Shown here: piece by piece, positions 27,251 to 36,406 of the stretch
Position numbering within the stretch: position 1 is the first letter of the stretch
Layout of the letters: the number at the start of each line of letters is the position of its first letter
Origin: Rhodospirillales bacterium
GTDB taxonomy: Bacteria; Pseudomonadota; Alphaproteobacteria; Rhodospirillales; UBA2165
Direction of reading: 5' to 3'
NCBI GenBank assembly: GCA_012960465.1
Contig: DUBF01000103.1
Span: 12,839 to 76,838 of the forward strand
DNA: 64,000 bases
Notes under the pieces: model-generated
Seen by the model: the letters and a program-made list of their open reading frames with translations, nothing else
The model's database searches: none
What the model was told of the DNA's origin: nothing
Made by a program: the position numbers and the translations under genes

Positions 27251-27397
27251 ACAGTGGCGAAAGTGCATGAAATTACATTGTACAAATAAGATTTTATCAA
27301 TGTGTTAAACATTAGGTTAGGGTGAGGTCTTGTATACTGTAGTGCAAATGTTATCTGTATAAATTAAATCTTTTGTTTTAAGAATTGGAGGCTAGAA

Positions 27398-28294
27398 ATG
27401 GCATTTACAGTTGGTATTATTGGGTTGGGTCCTATGGGTGGAAATATAGCCCGTAACCTCCTGGAAAAACAATTTAAAGTTGTTGGCTACGACCGGATTC
27501 CGGAACAAATTTCGGCGCTGGATGACGTGGGTATTGAAGGTGGCGAAAATTGCACAGACGTTGCTGAAAAGTCAGACGTTATTATAACGTCGCTGCCAAA
27601 TATGCACGCACTCGACAGCGTAATTAAAGATATTTCAAAATGTGATAAGCCGGGTCAAATTATTATTGAGTGTTCTACACTGGAGGTTGGTCAGAAAATT
27701 GAAGCAGCTGAAAAATTAAAAAAGGCTGGTAAAATTATGCTAGATGCGCCGATTAGCGCGACGCCGCCAATGCTGGCCAAAGGAATGGCCTCTATCCATA
27801 TTGGCGGTGAGAAAGCGGCTTATGATGAATGTGTATCAGTTTTTGAGGGCTTTACTGCAACTAATTTCTACGTTGGAGACGTCGGTGATGGCAGCCGGAT
27901 GAAGATTTTGGCGAACTATCTCGTTCATGTTCACAATGTTGCTGCGGCAGAGTGTATGACTTTGGGACAAAAGGCAGGTCTTGCGCCTGATTTAATTTAT
28001 TCAGTAATTAAAGAGAGTGCCGGGGCGTCAAAGATGTTTGATATACGAGGCAAAATGATGTCCGAGAGTGATTACCGGGAAGGTGGTGGCACGATGTTTG
28101 AGATTTATGAGAAAGATGCCAGTATTATCACTGAATTTGCAGCTGAAGTTAAGGCTCCAATTGATCTATATGTCATTGGGCGGCAAAAATTTAATTCTGC
28201 GATGGCATTGGGGCTTGGCCATCTGGATACTTCGGCCGTTTGCAAAGCTGTAGAAGTTTCGGCAGGCATCAACCGAGAAATGGTTGAGGATTAA
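27398..28294 (+). CDS. NAD(P)-dependent beta-hydroxyacid dehydrogenase (3-hydroxyisobutyrate dehydrogenase family)
   Basis: 298 aa with the Rossmann motif VGIIGLGPMGGNIARNL and the catalytic-Lys block GDGSRMKILANYL. Confidence 0.8.
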   Translation: MAFTVGIIGLGPMGGNIARNLLEKQFKVVGYDRIPEQISALDDVGIEGGENCTDVAEKSDVIITSLPNMHALDSVIKDISKCDKPGQIIIECSTLEVGQKIEAAEKLKKAGKIMLDAPISATPPMLAKGMASIHIGGEKAAYDECVSVFEGFTATNFYVGDVGDGSRMKILANYLVHVHNVAAAECMTLGQKAGLAPDLIYSVIKESAGASKMFDIRGKMMSESDYREGGGTMFEIYEKDASIITEFAAEVKAPIDLYVIGRQKFNSAMALGLGHLDTSAVCKAVEVSAGINREMVED

Positions 28295-28346
28295 TTATTT
28301 CTATTAAAATTTATTAATTCAACAAATAGTTTAATTATACTTATAT

Positions 28347-28646
28347 TTATTTGTCAATTACGGTATATTGGGTGTGATTTCGCGTGACTTTATCTCCCAT
28401 GGCTTCAACGTAATTAATGTATTCTATGAAGTAGCTTTGCTCTCGGTGCCAAATAAGGGCCGCTTCATCTTTATAAACCTCATAAAAAACAAATGTATTT
28501 GGATTATCGTTTTTTACAGAAACCTCAAACTGAAAGCAGCCTTCTTCTTTTCTAGCAGCATGTACATTTGTCCACAATTTATTGAGTAGTTCGTCTTTAA
28601 TTGTTGGGTCAGTGGTTACACTAACAAGATTAACGAGGTTGGCCAT
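28347..28646 (-). CDS. ABM-domain (antibiotic biosynthesis monooxygenase / YgiN-like) protein
   Basis: 99 aa with the pattern (...EEGC..F.V......PN.F.FYEVYKD.AA...H....) of the dimeric alpha+beta barrel ABM family. Confidence 0.65.
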   Translation of the reverse strand: MANLVNLVSVTTDPTIKDELLNKLWTNVHAARKEEGCFQFEVSVKNDNPNTFVFYEVYKDEAALIWHREQSYFIEYINYVEAMGDKVTRNHTQYTVIDK

Positions 28647-28728
28647 TTATTTTCCCTTAGTTATATATGCAAACTGAGTTTGAAAATTATATATTTTGTG
28701 ATGATATACTCATAGGCGGAATTTGAGA

Positions 28729-29601
28729 TTAAATCTGTGTTTTGAACCAATTCATGACCTGTTCGCCTGTCCAAATTAAGACATCAGGCTTACTGGTAAT
28801 ATGTTTGTATACTTGTTCAACATATTTGGAGCGATGAGGTACGCCGGAAATATAGGTGTGCATACTAATTCCCATGATCCGAGTAATATCGGCGCTATCT
28901 TCGTAAAGTCGATCAAAGTGATCTATGCAACGCGTTGCAAACTCTTCCGATGAATGTTGCTGTAAGGCCATTATAGTGATGTCATTGGTTTCTACAGGAT
29001 AGGGGACGGAGTACATCGGTTTGCCAGATGTTGTTTTTAACTCCACTGGTTGATCATCCAGAGGCCAGTCAGCAACATACTCAATGCCGCAGTTGGAGAG
29101 TACATCAAGTGTCTCCATTGTCTCCGTGAGGCCGGGGCTTTCCCATCCGACAGGCGCCTTACCGGTGAAGCTCTTAATTGTATCGACGGTACTTTGAACA
29201 TGCTCTCGTTGATTTTCGAGTTTGTGCATCGGTCCCTGGATATAGCCATGACCCATAAACTCCCATCCACCTTCAAGGGCAACTTCGGCAATTCGAGGGT
29301 ATGTTTCCAAGATAATACCATTCATCGCAAGCGTTGGTGTTACGTTAAAATTTTTAAACATATCGTTCAGCCGCCAAAAGCCAACACGATTACCATATTC
29401 ATGCCAAGACCAATTTGGCACATCGGGTAATAATGGTTGGCCCATCGGTGGTGGTAATATCGTACGTGGTTGGGCTTTGGTGCTATCCCAGTGTTCGACA
29501 TTCATAATTGTCCATACTGCCATGCGGGCGCCACCCGGTAGTTTTAGTTTGGGCCGGTCAATAATTGCAGAGTAGGGAATTCTCTCTCGTGGCGTATCCA
29601 T
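28729..29601 (-). CDS. Polysaccharide deacetylase-fold hydrolase (PuuE/allantoinase-like subgroup)
   Basis: 290 aa. The N-terminal RIPYSAIIDRPKLKLPGGARMAVWTIMNVEHW and the later GWEFMGHGY / ISMHTYISG blocks resemble the PuuE-type family. The subgroup assignment is tentative. Confidence 0.55.
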   Translation of the reverse strand: MDTPRERIPYSAIIDRPKLKLPGGARMAVWTIMNVEHWDSTKAQPRTILPPPMGQPLLPDVPNWSWHEYGNRVGFWRLNDMFKNFNVTPTLAMNGIILETYPRIAEVALEGGWEFMGHGYIQGPMHKLENQREHVQSTVDTIKSFTGKAPVGWESPGLTETMETLDVLSNCGIEYVADWPLDDQPVELKTTSGKPMYSVPYPVETNDITIMALQQHSSEEFATRCIDHFDRLYEDSADITRIMGISMHTYISGVPHRSKYVEQVYKHITSKPDVLIWTGEQVMNWFKTQI

Positions 29602-29602
29602 T

Positions 29603-30493
29603 TTAGCTCCTCTCTAATCCAGCCATTTGTTCTAATACACGGCAAACAGATGCTGTGTCGAGTTTATCCATACCTTTAGCAAGACCTGAGCGGTATATAT
29701 CTGTTCCGGCTGTAAATAGCGGTGTGGGGCATTGAAGCTGGGCTGCAAATTCTCCGATAGTTTTCATGTCTTTCTGCCAGATATCCATCTTCATCGTTGC
29801 GTCGTCATAATTATTTTCAACCATCATTGGCCCGCGTAGTTCAAAAATACGTGAGTTCCCAGCTCCCGCTTTGATGACGTTAAATATAGTTTCAGGCTCA
29901 AGTCCAGCTTTCATCCCTAATACCATGGCTTCCGCTGACGCTACATTGTGAATATGAACCAGATGATTAGCAACAAATTTCATTTTGCTACCGTTACCAA
30001 ACTCACCTACGTAAAAGGTGAAGTTAGCAAAGCCGTTTAGAACACTCTGACATTTCTCTAAAATTGCCTCCTCACCACTCACATAAACAGAGAGATCTTT
30101 GTTAATAGCCTGAGCCCCGGTTCCACTAATAGGGCAATCCATTAAGATTGAGCCAATTTCTGCCAGCGTATCATGAGCAGCTTGTTTCTCATCAATTGGG
30201 AGGGTTGAACATTCAATAATAATCAATCCATCTTTTTTTGCATCCTTAAGGCCATCCTTACCACTCATCACTTCGTGGAATGCTGCGATGCTTGGTAGCG
30301 ATGTGATGACAATATCCGACTGGGTTGCTACGTCTCTTGGAGAAGAGCCTGCATTACCACCAAGGCTAACTAGGTTTTGTATATTATCGTCAAGTATGTC
30401 AAAACCACATACTTCAAAATTTGCATCACGTAAATTCTTGGCGAAAGATCCACCCATAATTCCAAGTCCAACAATACCCACTTTTAGCGACAT
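29603..30493 (-). CDS. NAD(P)-dependent beta-hydroxyacid dehydrogenase (3-hydroxyisobutyrate dehydrogenase family), paralogue of 27398..28294
   Basis: 296 aa with VGIVGLGIMGGSFAKNL, DCPISGTG and GNGSKMKFVANHL. By eye it is roughly 40-45% identical to the other copy. Confidence 0.8.
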   Translation of the reverse strand: MSLKVGIVGLGIMGGSFAKNLRDANFEVCGFDILDDNIQNLVSLGGNAGSSPRDVATQSDIVITSLPSIAAFHEVMSGKDGLKDAKKDGLIIIECSTLPIDEKQAAHDTLAEIGSILMDCPISGTGAQAINKDLSVYVSGEEAILEKCQSVLNGFANFTFYVGEFGNGSKMKFVANHLVHIHNVASAEAMVLGMKAGLEPETIFNVIKAGAGNSRIFELRGPMMVENNYDDATMKMDIWQKDMKTIGEFAAQLQCPTPLFTAGTDIYRSGLAKGMDKLDTASVCRVLEQMAGLERS

Positions 30494-30758
30494 TTAATTT
30501 CCTATCATATTAAAATAAAAACGTACTATTTTGTTAGTTTAAGGTCCGCACAATTGATCATCGTTCCCAATGTACGTGATTTTTAAACTAGTTTCTGTAT
30601 TTTTTCACTAAACCATAATTTGATAACCTGGATCAAGGATGGAGCTAAAATTTTTATTACATTAAACATGGTAACGATCATTAGGTCTCGACAGCTAAAA
30701 AAGGCTAGCTTAAACTGCACTAAATTACTTGATAAATAAATTTATGGGAGACGACGTA

Positions 30759-31784
30759 ATGGCGCAAAAACCAATATCTAGAACAGCAAAAAAAGTTCAA
30801 CCAAAGAAAAAGGGTCTAACAAAATCCGATGTCGTTCGCAAAGGAAAGCAACTATCGAATTGGGGAAAGTGGGGAAGGAACGACGAATTAGGTGTATTAA
30901 ATTATATTAAACCACAAGATATTGTTGATGCAGCTAAACTTATCAAAAAGGGAAAAGTATTCAGGTTGGGTTTGGAATTAGATGAAAATGGACCGCAAAA
31001 TGGCTTGTTTGGTGGGAGATGGAATCCGCTCCATCACATGATGGCAACCGGAACAGACGCTGTCGCGGGCAACCAAGATAAAACTGTTGGTCTGAGGTAT
31101 GCTGACGACTTTATCAATCTTCCGACCCAATGTGCAAGCCAATGGGATGCATTAGCGCACGTTTTTGCGGGAGATAAAATGTGGAATGGTTACAATGCAA
31201 GTCTCGTGGACTCAACGGGCGCGCATAAAAACGGTATTGAAAAGTTTGCCAATAAGATGGTTGGCCGTGGCGTATTGCTGGATGTTGCCAGGTACAAAAA
31301 GAAAGCTCGTTTAGCAGATGGTTACGGTATTACAATTAACGATCTAAATCGAACCGCCAAGTCTCAGGGTGTCAAAATTAAGCGTGGTGATTTTGTGATT
31401 ATTAATACTGGTCAAATGGCTGACTGCTTAGATCGTATTGAGAAATTTTCTGATAAGGGTGAATGGGGTGGCTATGCTGGTGGCGATGCCCCTGGCCTTG
31501 CCTTTGAGACTGTTGACTGGATACATGAGAAAGAGATCGCGGGCATCTGTTCAGATACTTGGGGTATTGAGGTTCGACCTAATGCAACCGTTGATGGAAC
31601 TAATCAACCCTGGCATTGGGTTACTATTCCTTATATTGGAATTGTCCATGGTGAGATTTGGTATCTTCGTGAACTTGTTGCTGATTGTGCAAAAGATGGT
31701 ATCTATGAATTCTTTCTTTGTGCGCCACCTTTAGTGATAACACGAGGAACTGGTTCCCCAATTAATCCACAAGTGATTAAATAA
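30759..31784 (+). CDS. Cyclase-family protein (kynurenine-formamidase fold), His-motif-less subgroup
   Basis: The ORF begins at 30729; the ATG at 30759 is preceded by GGGAGA. It has cyclase-like blocks (GVLNYI; GRGVLLDVAR; GDFVIINTG). The HxGTHxDxPxH position reads TQCASQWDALAH. Confidence 0.6.
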   Translation: MAQKPISRTAKKVQPKKKGLTKSDVVRKGKQLSNWGKWGRNDELGVLNYIKPQDIVDAAKLIKKGKVFRLGLELDENGPQNGLFGGRWNPLHHMMATGTDAVAGNQDKTVGLRYADDFINLPTQCASQWDALAHVFAGDKMWNGYNASLVDSTGAHKNGIEKFANKMVGRGVLLDVARYKKKARLADGYGITINDLNRTAKSQGVKIKRGDFVIINTGQMADCLDRIEKFSDKGEWGGYAGGDAPGLAFETVDWIHEKEIAGICSDTWGIEVRPNATVDGTNQPWHWVTIPYIGIVHGEIWYLRELVADCAKDGIYEFFLCAPPLVITRGTGSPINPQVIK

Positions 31785-31796
31785 GGATTGATTAAT

Positions 31797-32567
31797 ATGG
31801 CGCGACGTTTTGTTGACATCTCCATGCATCTAGAAAATGATGTAGTTTCAGATCCTCCAGGTTTTGGCCCTGAAATAGAGTATTTTACCCATAAAGATAC
31901 TGCCGCTGATGTTGTTGGTTATTTTCCGGGACTTGAAGTGGACGATTTACCCGAAGGTGAAGGGTGGGCTATTGAAAAAATTAATTTGGTCACTCACAAC
32001 GGCACGCATTTGGATGCACCGTATCATTTTCATTCGACCATGAATAAAGGGGAGCGAGCTATAACAATTGATGAGGTTCCGCTTGATTGGTGTTTCCGCC
32101 CTGGCGTAAAACTTGATTTTAGTACCTTGGAAGATGGTTATGTAGTTACGTCAGACGATGTTGAACAAGAACTGGATCGGATTGAACACGAGCTCAAAGA
32201 AATGGATATAGTGGTTGTAAATACAGCAGCAGGTAAGGCCTACGGCAGTGATAACTATGTTTCAACGGGCTGTGGCATGGGTCGGGAGGCAACGCTTTAT
32301 TTGTTGGAGCGAGGTGTCCGGTTAACGGGAACAGACGCCTGGAGTTGGGATGCTCCTTTTGTCCATAATAAATTTTTGGAAACTGGCGATACTTCTCTTA
32401 TTTGGGAAGGACATAAGGCGGGTCGAGAGATAGGTTACTGTCATTTGGAAAAATTACATAATTTAGAAGTTCTACCTGGCGATGGATTTGAGATTGCATG
32501 TTTTCCGGTAAAAATTAGAGGTGCTTCCGCAGGATGGACCCGAGCGGTTGCTATATTTAATGAATAA
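31797..32567 (+). CDS. Cyclase-family protein (arylformamidase / isatin-hydrolase-like)
   Basis: The ORF begins at 31788, with ATG at 31797. It carries the canonical metal motif THNGTHLDAPYHF plus GTDAWSWD. Confidence 0.7.
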   Translation: MARRFVDISMHLENDVVSDPPGFGPEIEYFTHKDTAADVVGYFPGLEVDDLPEGEGWAIEKINLVTHNGTHLDAPYHFHSTMNKGERAITIDEVPLDWCFRPGVKLDFSTLEDGYVVTSDDVEQELDRIEHELKEMDIVVVNTAAGKAYGSDNYVSTGCGMGREATLYLLERGVRLTGTDAWSWDAPFVHNKFLETGDTSLIWEGHKAGREIGYCHLEKLHNLEVLPGDGFEIACFPVKIRGASAGWTRAVAIFNE

Positions 32568-32581
32568 AAGGAGACTAAACT

Positions 32582-33511
32582 ATGGCTAAAAGCGTTATTA
32601 TTACGTGTGCTGTGACTGGTTCAATACATACCCCAACAATGTCCGAGCACTTGCCAATTTCACCAAACGAAATTGCTGAAGGGGCAATAGCGGCAGCGGA
32701 GGCTGGTGCATCCATCCTCCATCTTCACGCACGCAATCCAGATGGGAGCCCAACCGCTTCACCGGAAACGTTTATGGAATTTTTGCCCAGGATAAAACAA
32801 TCGACTGATGCAGTAGTAAATATTACGACTGGTGGTGGTCACGGTATGACGCTGGAGGAACGTTGCGCTGGAGCCTTAAGGGCAAGTCCGGAAATGACAT
32901 CGCTCAATATGGGCTCAATGAATTTTGGTCTTTTTCCCATTTTAGATAAGCCCTTTGACTGGAAGCATAAGTGGGAGCCTGAATATCTTGAAATGACCAG
33001 GGATTTTATTTTCCGCAATACATTCAAAGATATTGAATGGGTATTGAAGGAGCTTGGAGAGGGCCATGGTGTTCGGTTTGAATTTGAGTGTTACGACATG
33101 GGTCATCTTTATAATCTTGCTCATTTTGTTGATCGTGGTTTGGTAAAACCGCCTTTCTTTGTACAAACTATCTTCGGTATATTAGGTGGTATTGGTGCTG
33201 ATATTGAAAATCTTATGCATATGCGTCGGATTGCTAATAAGTTGTTTGGTGAAGAGAACTATGAGTGGTCAATTTTAGCTGCGGGACGCCATCAGATGAG
33301 CTTTGTCACAACTGGCGCTATTTTAGGCGGCAATGTTCGAGTTGGTCTGGAAGATTCACTCTATATTGGGAAAGGACAGTTGGCGAAGTCAAATGCTGAG
33401 CAAGTAACAAAAATCCGCAGAATTGTTGAGGATTTATCTCTCGAAGTGGCAACGCCCACTGAAGCGCGTGAGCGGTTGACACTCAAGGGAGGTGATCAAG
33501 TTGCCTTCTAG
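32582..33511 (+). CDS. Beta-keto acid cleavage enzyme (BKACE / DUF849; 3-keto-5-aminohexanoate cleavage enzyme family)
   Basis: 309 aa. IITCAVTGS...P.SP.EIA..A..AAEAGASILHLHARNPDG and NITTGGG...VRVGLEDS are family signatures. Confidence 0.8.
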   Translation: MAKSVIITCAVTGSIHTPTMSEHLPISPNEIAEGAIAAAEAGASILHLHARNPDGSPTASPETFMEFLPRIKQSTDAVVNITTGGGHGMTLEERCAGALRASPEMTSLNMGSMNFGLFPILDKPFDWKHKWEPEYLEMTRDFIFRNTFKDIEWVLKELGEGHGVRFEFECYDMGHLYNLAHFVDRGLVKPPFFVQTIFGILGGIGADIENLMHMRRIANKLFGEENYEWSILAAGRHQMSFVTTGAILGGNVRVGLEDSLYIGKGQLAKSNAEQVTKIRRIVEDLSLEVATPTEARERLTLKGGDQVAF

Positions 33512-33516
33512 ATTGT

Positions 33517-33942
33517 TTAATTTATTATTTCACAATTAAGCTCAATATATTGCTGCTTTGCTTTATCGAGCCGATATGTTGAAAAATCGTGGAATTTTCC
33601 CTCTATGACTGAAACAATGAGCCATATCATTTGGGGTTCGTAGGCCATTTCCAGATCTATTTTGGAAGGAGTATTTGAACAGTTTGGATGGGAATGGAAA
33701 TGACCAATAACATTGTCCGTTGTGCCTCTTAAATTACGTTCCAGATTAATACGATCTTGCGGATCAATCTCGAAGCAATCATTCCCTCGGCTTCTTAGAA
33801 TATTAGTACTTGGAACAATATTATTTATGATATGCAAATGGTCGGAAGTGTTGCCAACCAATAAACCGCAGCATTCAGACGGATAGGAAGTTGTTGCTTC
33901 ATATATGATTTGGTCTAATTGTATTTTACTTAGTTTAATCAC
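33517..33942 (-). CDS. JAMM/MPN+ (Mov34) family metalloprotease, standalone
   Basis: 141 aa with an intact JAMM set: the E of SECCGLLVG, and HFHSHPNCSNTPSKID (HxH-x7-S-x2-D). The GTG start overlaps the upstream stop (GTGA). Confidence 0.75.
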   Translation of the reverse strand: MIKLSKIQLDQIIYEATTSYPSECCGLLVGNTSDHLHIINNIVPSTNILRSRGNDCFEIDPQDRINLERNLRGTTDNVIGHFHSHPNCSNTPSKIDLEMAYEPQMIWLIVSVIEGKFHDFSTYRLDKAKQQYIELNCEIIN

Positions 33943-34307
33943 TTGCTGCGCTTAAAATTTATCTTGCTTATTACGGAACCATTATCTGCATCTAGTATCA
34001 AAAGCCTATCATTCTTGCTCTTGTTAGTGATGTGGACGATTATTTTATTCTTAGACGTCATTATTTCATGAACCCATTCTTCCTTTGCTAATAGTATAGA
34101 AATATTTTTGCTGAAACTTGTGTTGAAGCCTGAGTTCTTATCATGTGTTTTTATTTTATTATTTGGCGTTTCGATAACGGTTTTGAAGAACTTAAAATCT
34201 GGATTATTGGCTTTCTCGAAAAGCCCGTAGCCCAATAAAGCTATTCCCCCAATAATTACGAAACCTAGTAGTAGGACAATTGAAACTAGGGCCTTGTTTC
34301 TTTGCAT
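33939..34307 (-). CDS. Small membrane-anchored hypothetical protein
   Basis: 122 aa with one N-terminal TM helix (ALVSIVLLLGFVIIGGIALLGYGLF) and a beta-rich tail. It is translationally coupled to the JAMM gene. Confidence 0.55.
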   Translation of the reverse strand: MQRNKALVSIVLLLGFVIIGGIALLGYGLFEKANNPDFKFFKTVIETPNNKIKTHDKNSGFNTSFSKNISILLAKEEWVHEIMTSKNKIIVHITNKSKNDRLLILDADNGSVISKINFKRSK

Positions 34308-34330
34308 GTTTATGGTCCAGTCTAATCTAG

Positions 34331-35311
34331 ATGAATAAACAATCTAACATTAATGTCCTTAACGTGACAGTAGAGAGCGTATTTGCGGGTGGCCGTCTCG
34401 ATAAATTTCTTAGTGATCAATTTGTCGAACATTCCCGCTCGCGGATCAAGTCTTTAATACTTGAGGGTCATGTTTTCAATGGAAACCTGAAAGTAACGGA
34501 CCCCTCATATCGGGTAAAACCTGGTGAGTGCTATGTAATTACTATCCCAGCTTTGAAACCGGCTGTTCCAGTTGGACAAAAGATAAATTTAAATATTGTT
34601 TATGAAGACGATGATTTAATAATTATAGACAAGCCAGCTGGCCTTGTTGTGCATCCGGCAGCGGGTAATCGAGATATGACCTTAGTTAACGCGCTCATTG
34701 CTCATTGTGGAAATAGTTTGTCCGGAATTGGAGGTGAAATGCGGCCCGGCATTGTACATCGCTTGGATAAAGATACTAGTGGTCTATTAGTTGCGGCAAA
34801 AAATGATAGTGCCCATCGTGGGCTAGCCTTGCAGTTTGCTGACCACAAAGTTGATCGTGCGTATAAGGCCGTTGTATGGGGTGTGCCTAAAGTTGAAGCT
34901 GGCATTATCGAAGGTAATATTGGTCGAAACCCTCGGAATCGTAAAAAAATGGCAATAGTTAACCGTGGTGGCAAACACGCTATTACGCATTATCGAGTTG
35001 AAAAGAAGATAGGAACTGAGGGTCTATTATGGGCGAGCTTCGTTGAGTGTCGTTTGGAGACTGGACGCACACATCAAATTCGCGTTCATCTCACGAGTAT
35101 TGGGAACCCAATTATAGGGGATCCCATGTATGGTTCGAAAGACCCAAGAAAACTTGGAAATAAAGTAAGCACTAATTTTGGTGAAGCTGTGCAGATGCTC
35201 AAGGGACAGGCTTTGCACGCATATTTATTAGGATTTGTTCACCCAACCGATGGGAAAAAAATCTTATTCGAGAGCGTAATTCCCTCTGAAATTGTAGCAC
35301 TTTTGAAATAA
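34331..35311 (+). CDS. rluD: 23S rRNA pseudouridine synthase, RluD/RluA family
   Basis: 326 aa with an S4-like N-terminus (GRLDKFLS) and the catalytic motif HRLDKDTSGLLVAAK, followed by GRTHQIRVH. Confidence 0.9.
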   Translation: MNKQSNINVLNVTVESVFAGGRLDKFLSDQFVEHSRSRIKSLILEGHVFNGNLKVTDPSYRVKPGECYVITIPALKPAVPVGQKINLNIVYEDDDLIIIDKPAGLVVHPAAGNRDMTLVNALIAHCGNSLSGIGGEMRPGIVHRLDKDTSGLLVAAKNDSAHRGLALQFADHKVDRAYKAVVWGVPKVEAGIIEGNIGRNPRNRKKMAIVNRGGKHAITHYRVEKKIGTEGLLWASFVECRLETGRTHQIRVHLTSIGNPIIGDPMYGSKDPRKLGNKVSTNFGEAVQMLKGQALHAYLLGFVHPTDGKKILFESVIPSEIVALLK

Positions 35312-35332
35312 TGAAATCGTTTTAGGATCTTG

Positions 35333-36238
35333 ATGGTCGATATTCTACCAAAACCAACCGATCATGCTGCAGATAAAGATAATGTTGAACTTTGGATTTA
35401 TGTTGATGGCGATGATAGTGTAACTCATGCACTGATCGATTCTAGTTGGGATAATGATATAGGATTTCGAATCCATTGGCATATAGGTACCCGGCTAATT
35501 ACCCATGGTGATGGATTTAGCGAAATATGGCAGATAAGTTCGAATGCTGGATTTTATCTTGGATTTTCTGATGATTATGAGGTAACAACCCTAAGTTGGG
35601 ATTATATAATACGAGAATCTTTTCGTAATTTACCATCTGACCGGATAGCAGTAGGCTACTTGTCTGATCCTTTGGTGCCGGAAGGATCTATGACTGTAAT
35701 GGTGGCTACTACGGAGTGGGTGAACCAGGTAGGTCATTTCGTAGTGCCTCATTTCCTTTATTGGTTTGGGGATAAATGGTTGCAGCAGATTGCTGAAATG
35801 GTTGATCGAAAATACTATATCCCAGTTGATCTGTATCCATTAGATGGTAAAAAAGGTAAAACGTATCATTTATGGGATCTTTCATTTTGGACCCGGTTTT
35901 TTCATCTTCTGTTGGCGGAGAGGGTAGGTACTGCAAGACGGATAATAGAAGAGTTGACCGATGACGATTCCATAGCGCGAGAACAAGCGATCGGATTTAT
36001 GTACAAAAAAATAGAAGAGTATGAGGAGGAAGCTGAAAATGAGCCTTCTACGGACAAGCAGCTAGCACATCAATTGGCCTTTACTGCTGAGGGTAATGAT
36101 AAAAACAAAACCTATTTATTAGCGCTCCACCGAGCTCAGGAGCACTTAGAGGCGATGACGCCTCATATCATCGGAATGCATGCCCAGCGGATTCTGAGGC
36201 ATAAAAAGAAGTTATTAGCCCAATCTTTATCTAAATAA
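35333..36238 (+). CDS. Hypothetical protein with an acidic/coiled C-terminal third
   Basis: About 301 aa (ORF from 35330; ATG at 35333 follows AGGA). Codon usage looks like that of its neighbours. I recognise no motif. Confidence 0.5.
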   Translation: MVDILPKPTDHAADKDNVELWIYVDGDDSVTHALIDSSWDNDIGFRIHWHIGTRLITHGDGFSEIWQISSNAGFYLGFSDDYEVTTLSWDYIIRESFRNLPSDRIAVGYLSDPLVPEGSMTVMVATTEWVNQVGHFVVPHFLYWFGDKWLQQIAEMVDRKYYIPVDLYPLDGKKGKTYHLWDLSFWTRFFHLLLAERVGTARRIIEELTDDDSIAREQAIGFMYKKIEEYEEEAENEPSTDKQLAHQLAFTAEGNDKNKTYLLALHRAQEHLEAMTPHIIGMHAQRILRHKKKLLAQSLSK

Positions 36239-36406
36239 AATTGACTTCGATGGTGCAGTTGAAATTAAAAATGAATTTAAGCTATAGATTAAGGTAGAAG
36301 GGTTATGCAATCAGATGGATGTAACTTATTATTAGGTTATATACATATTGTTTTACTAGTGAAAATTTTTTTAATTTTACGGGTTACTGGGTGTGGTTTC
36401 GATATT

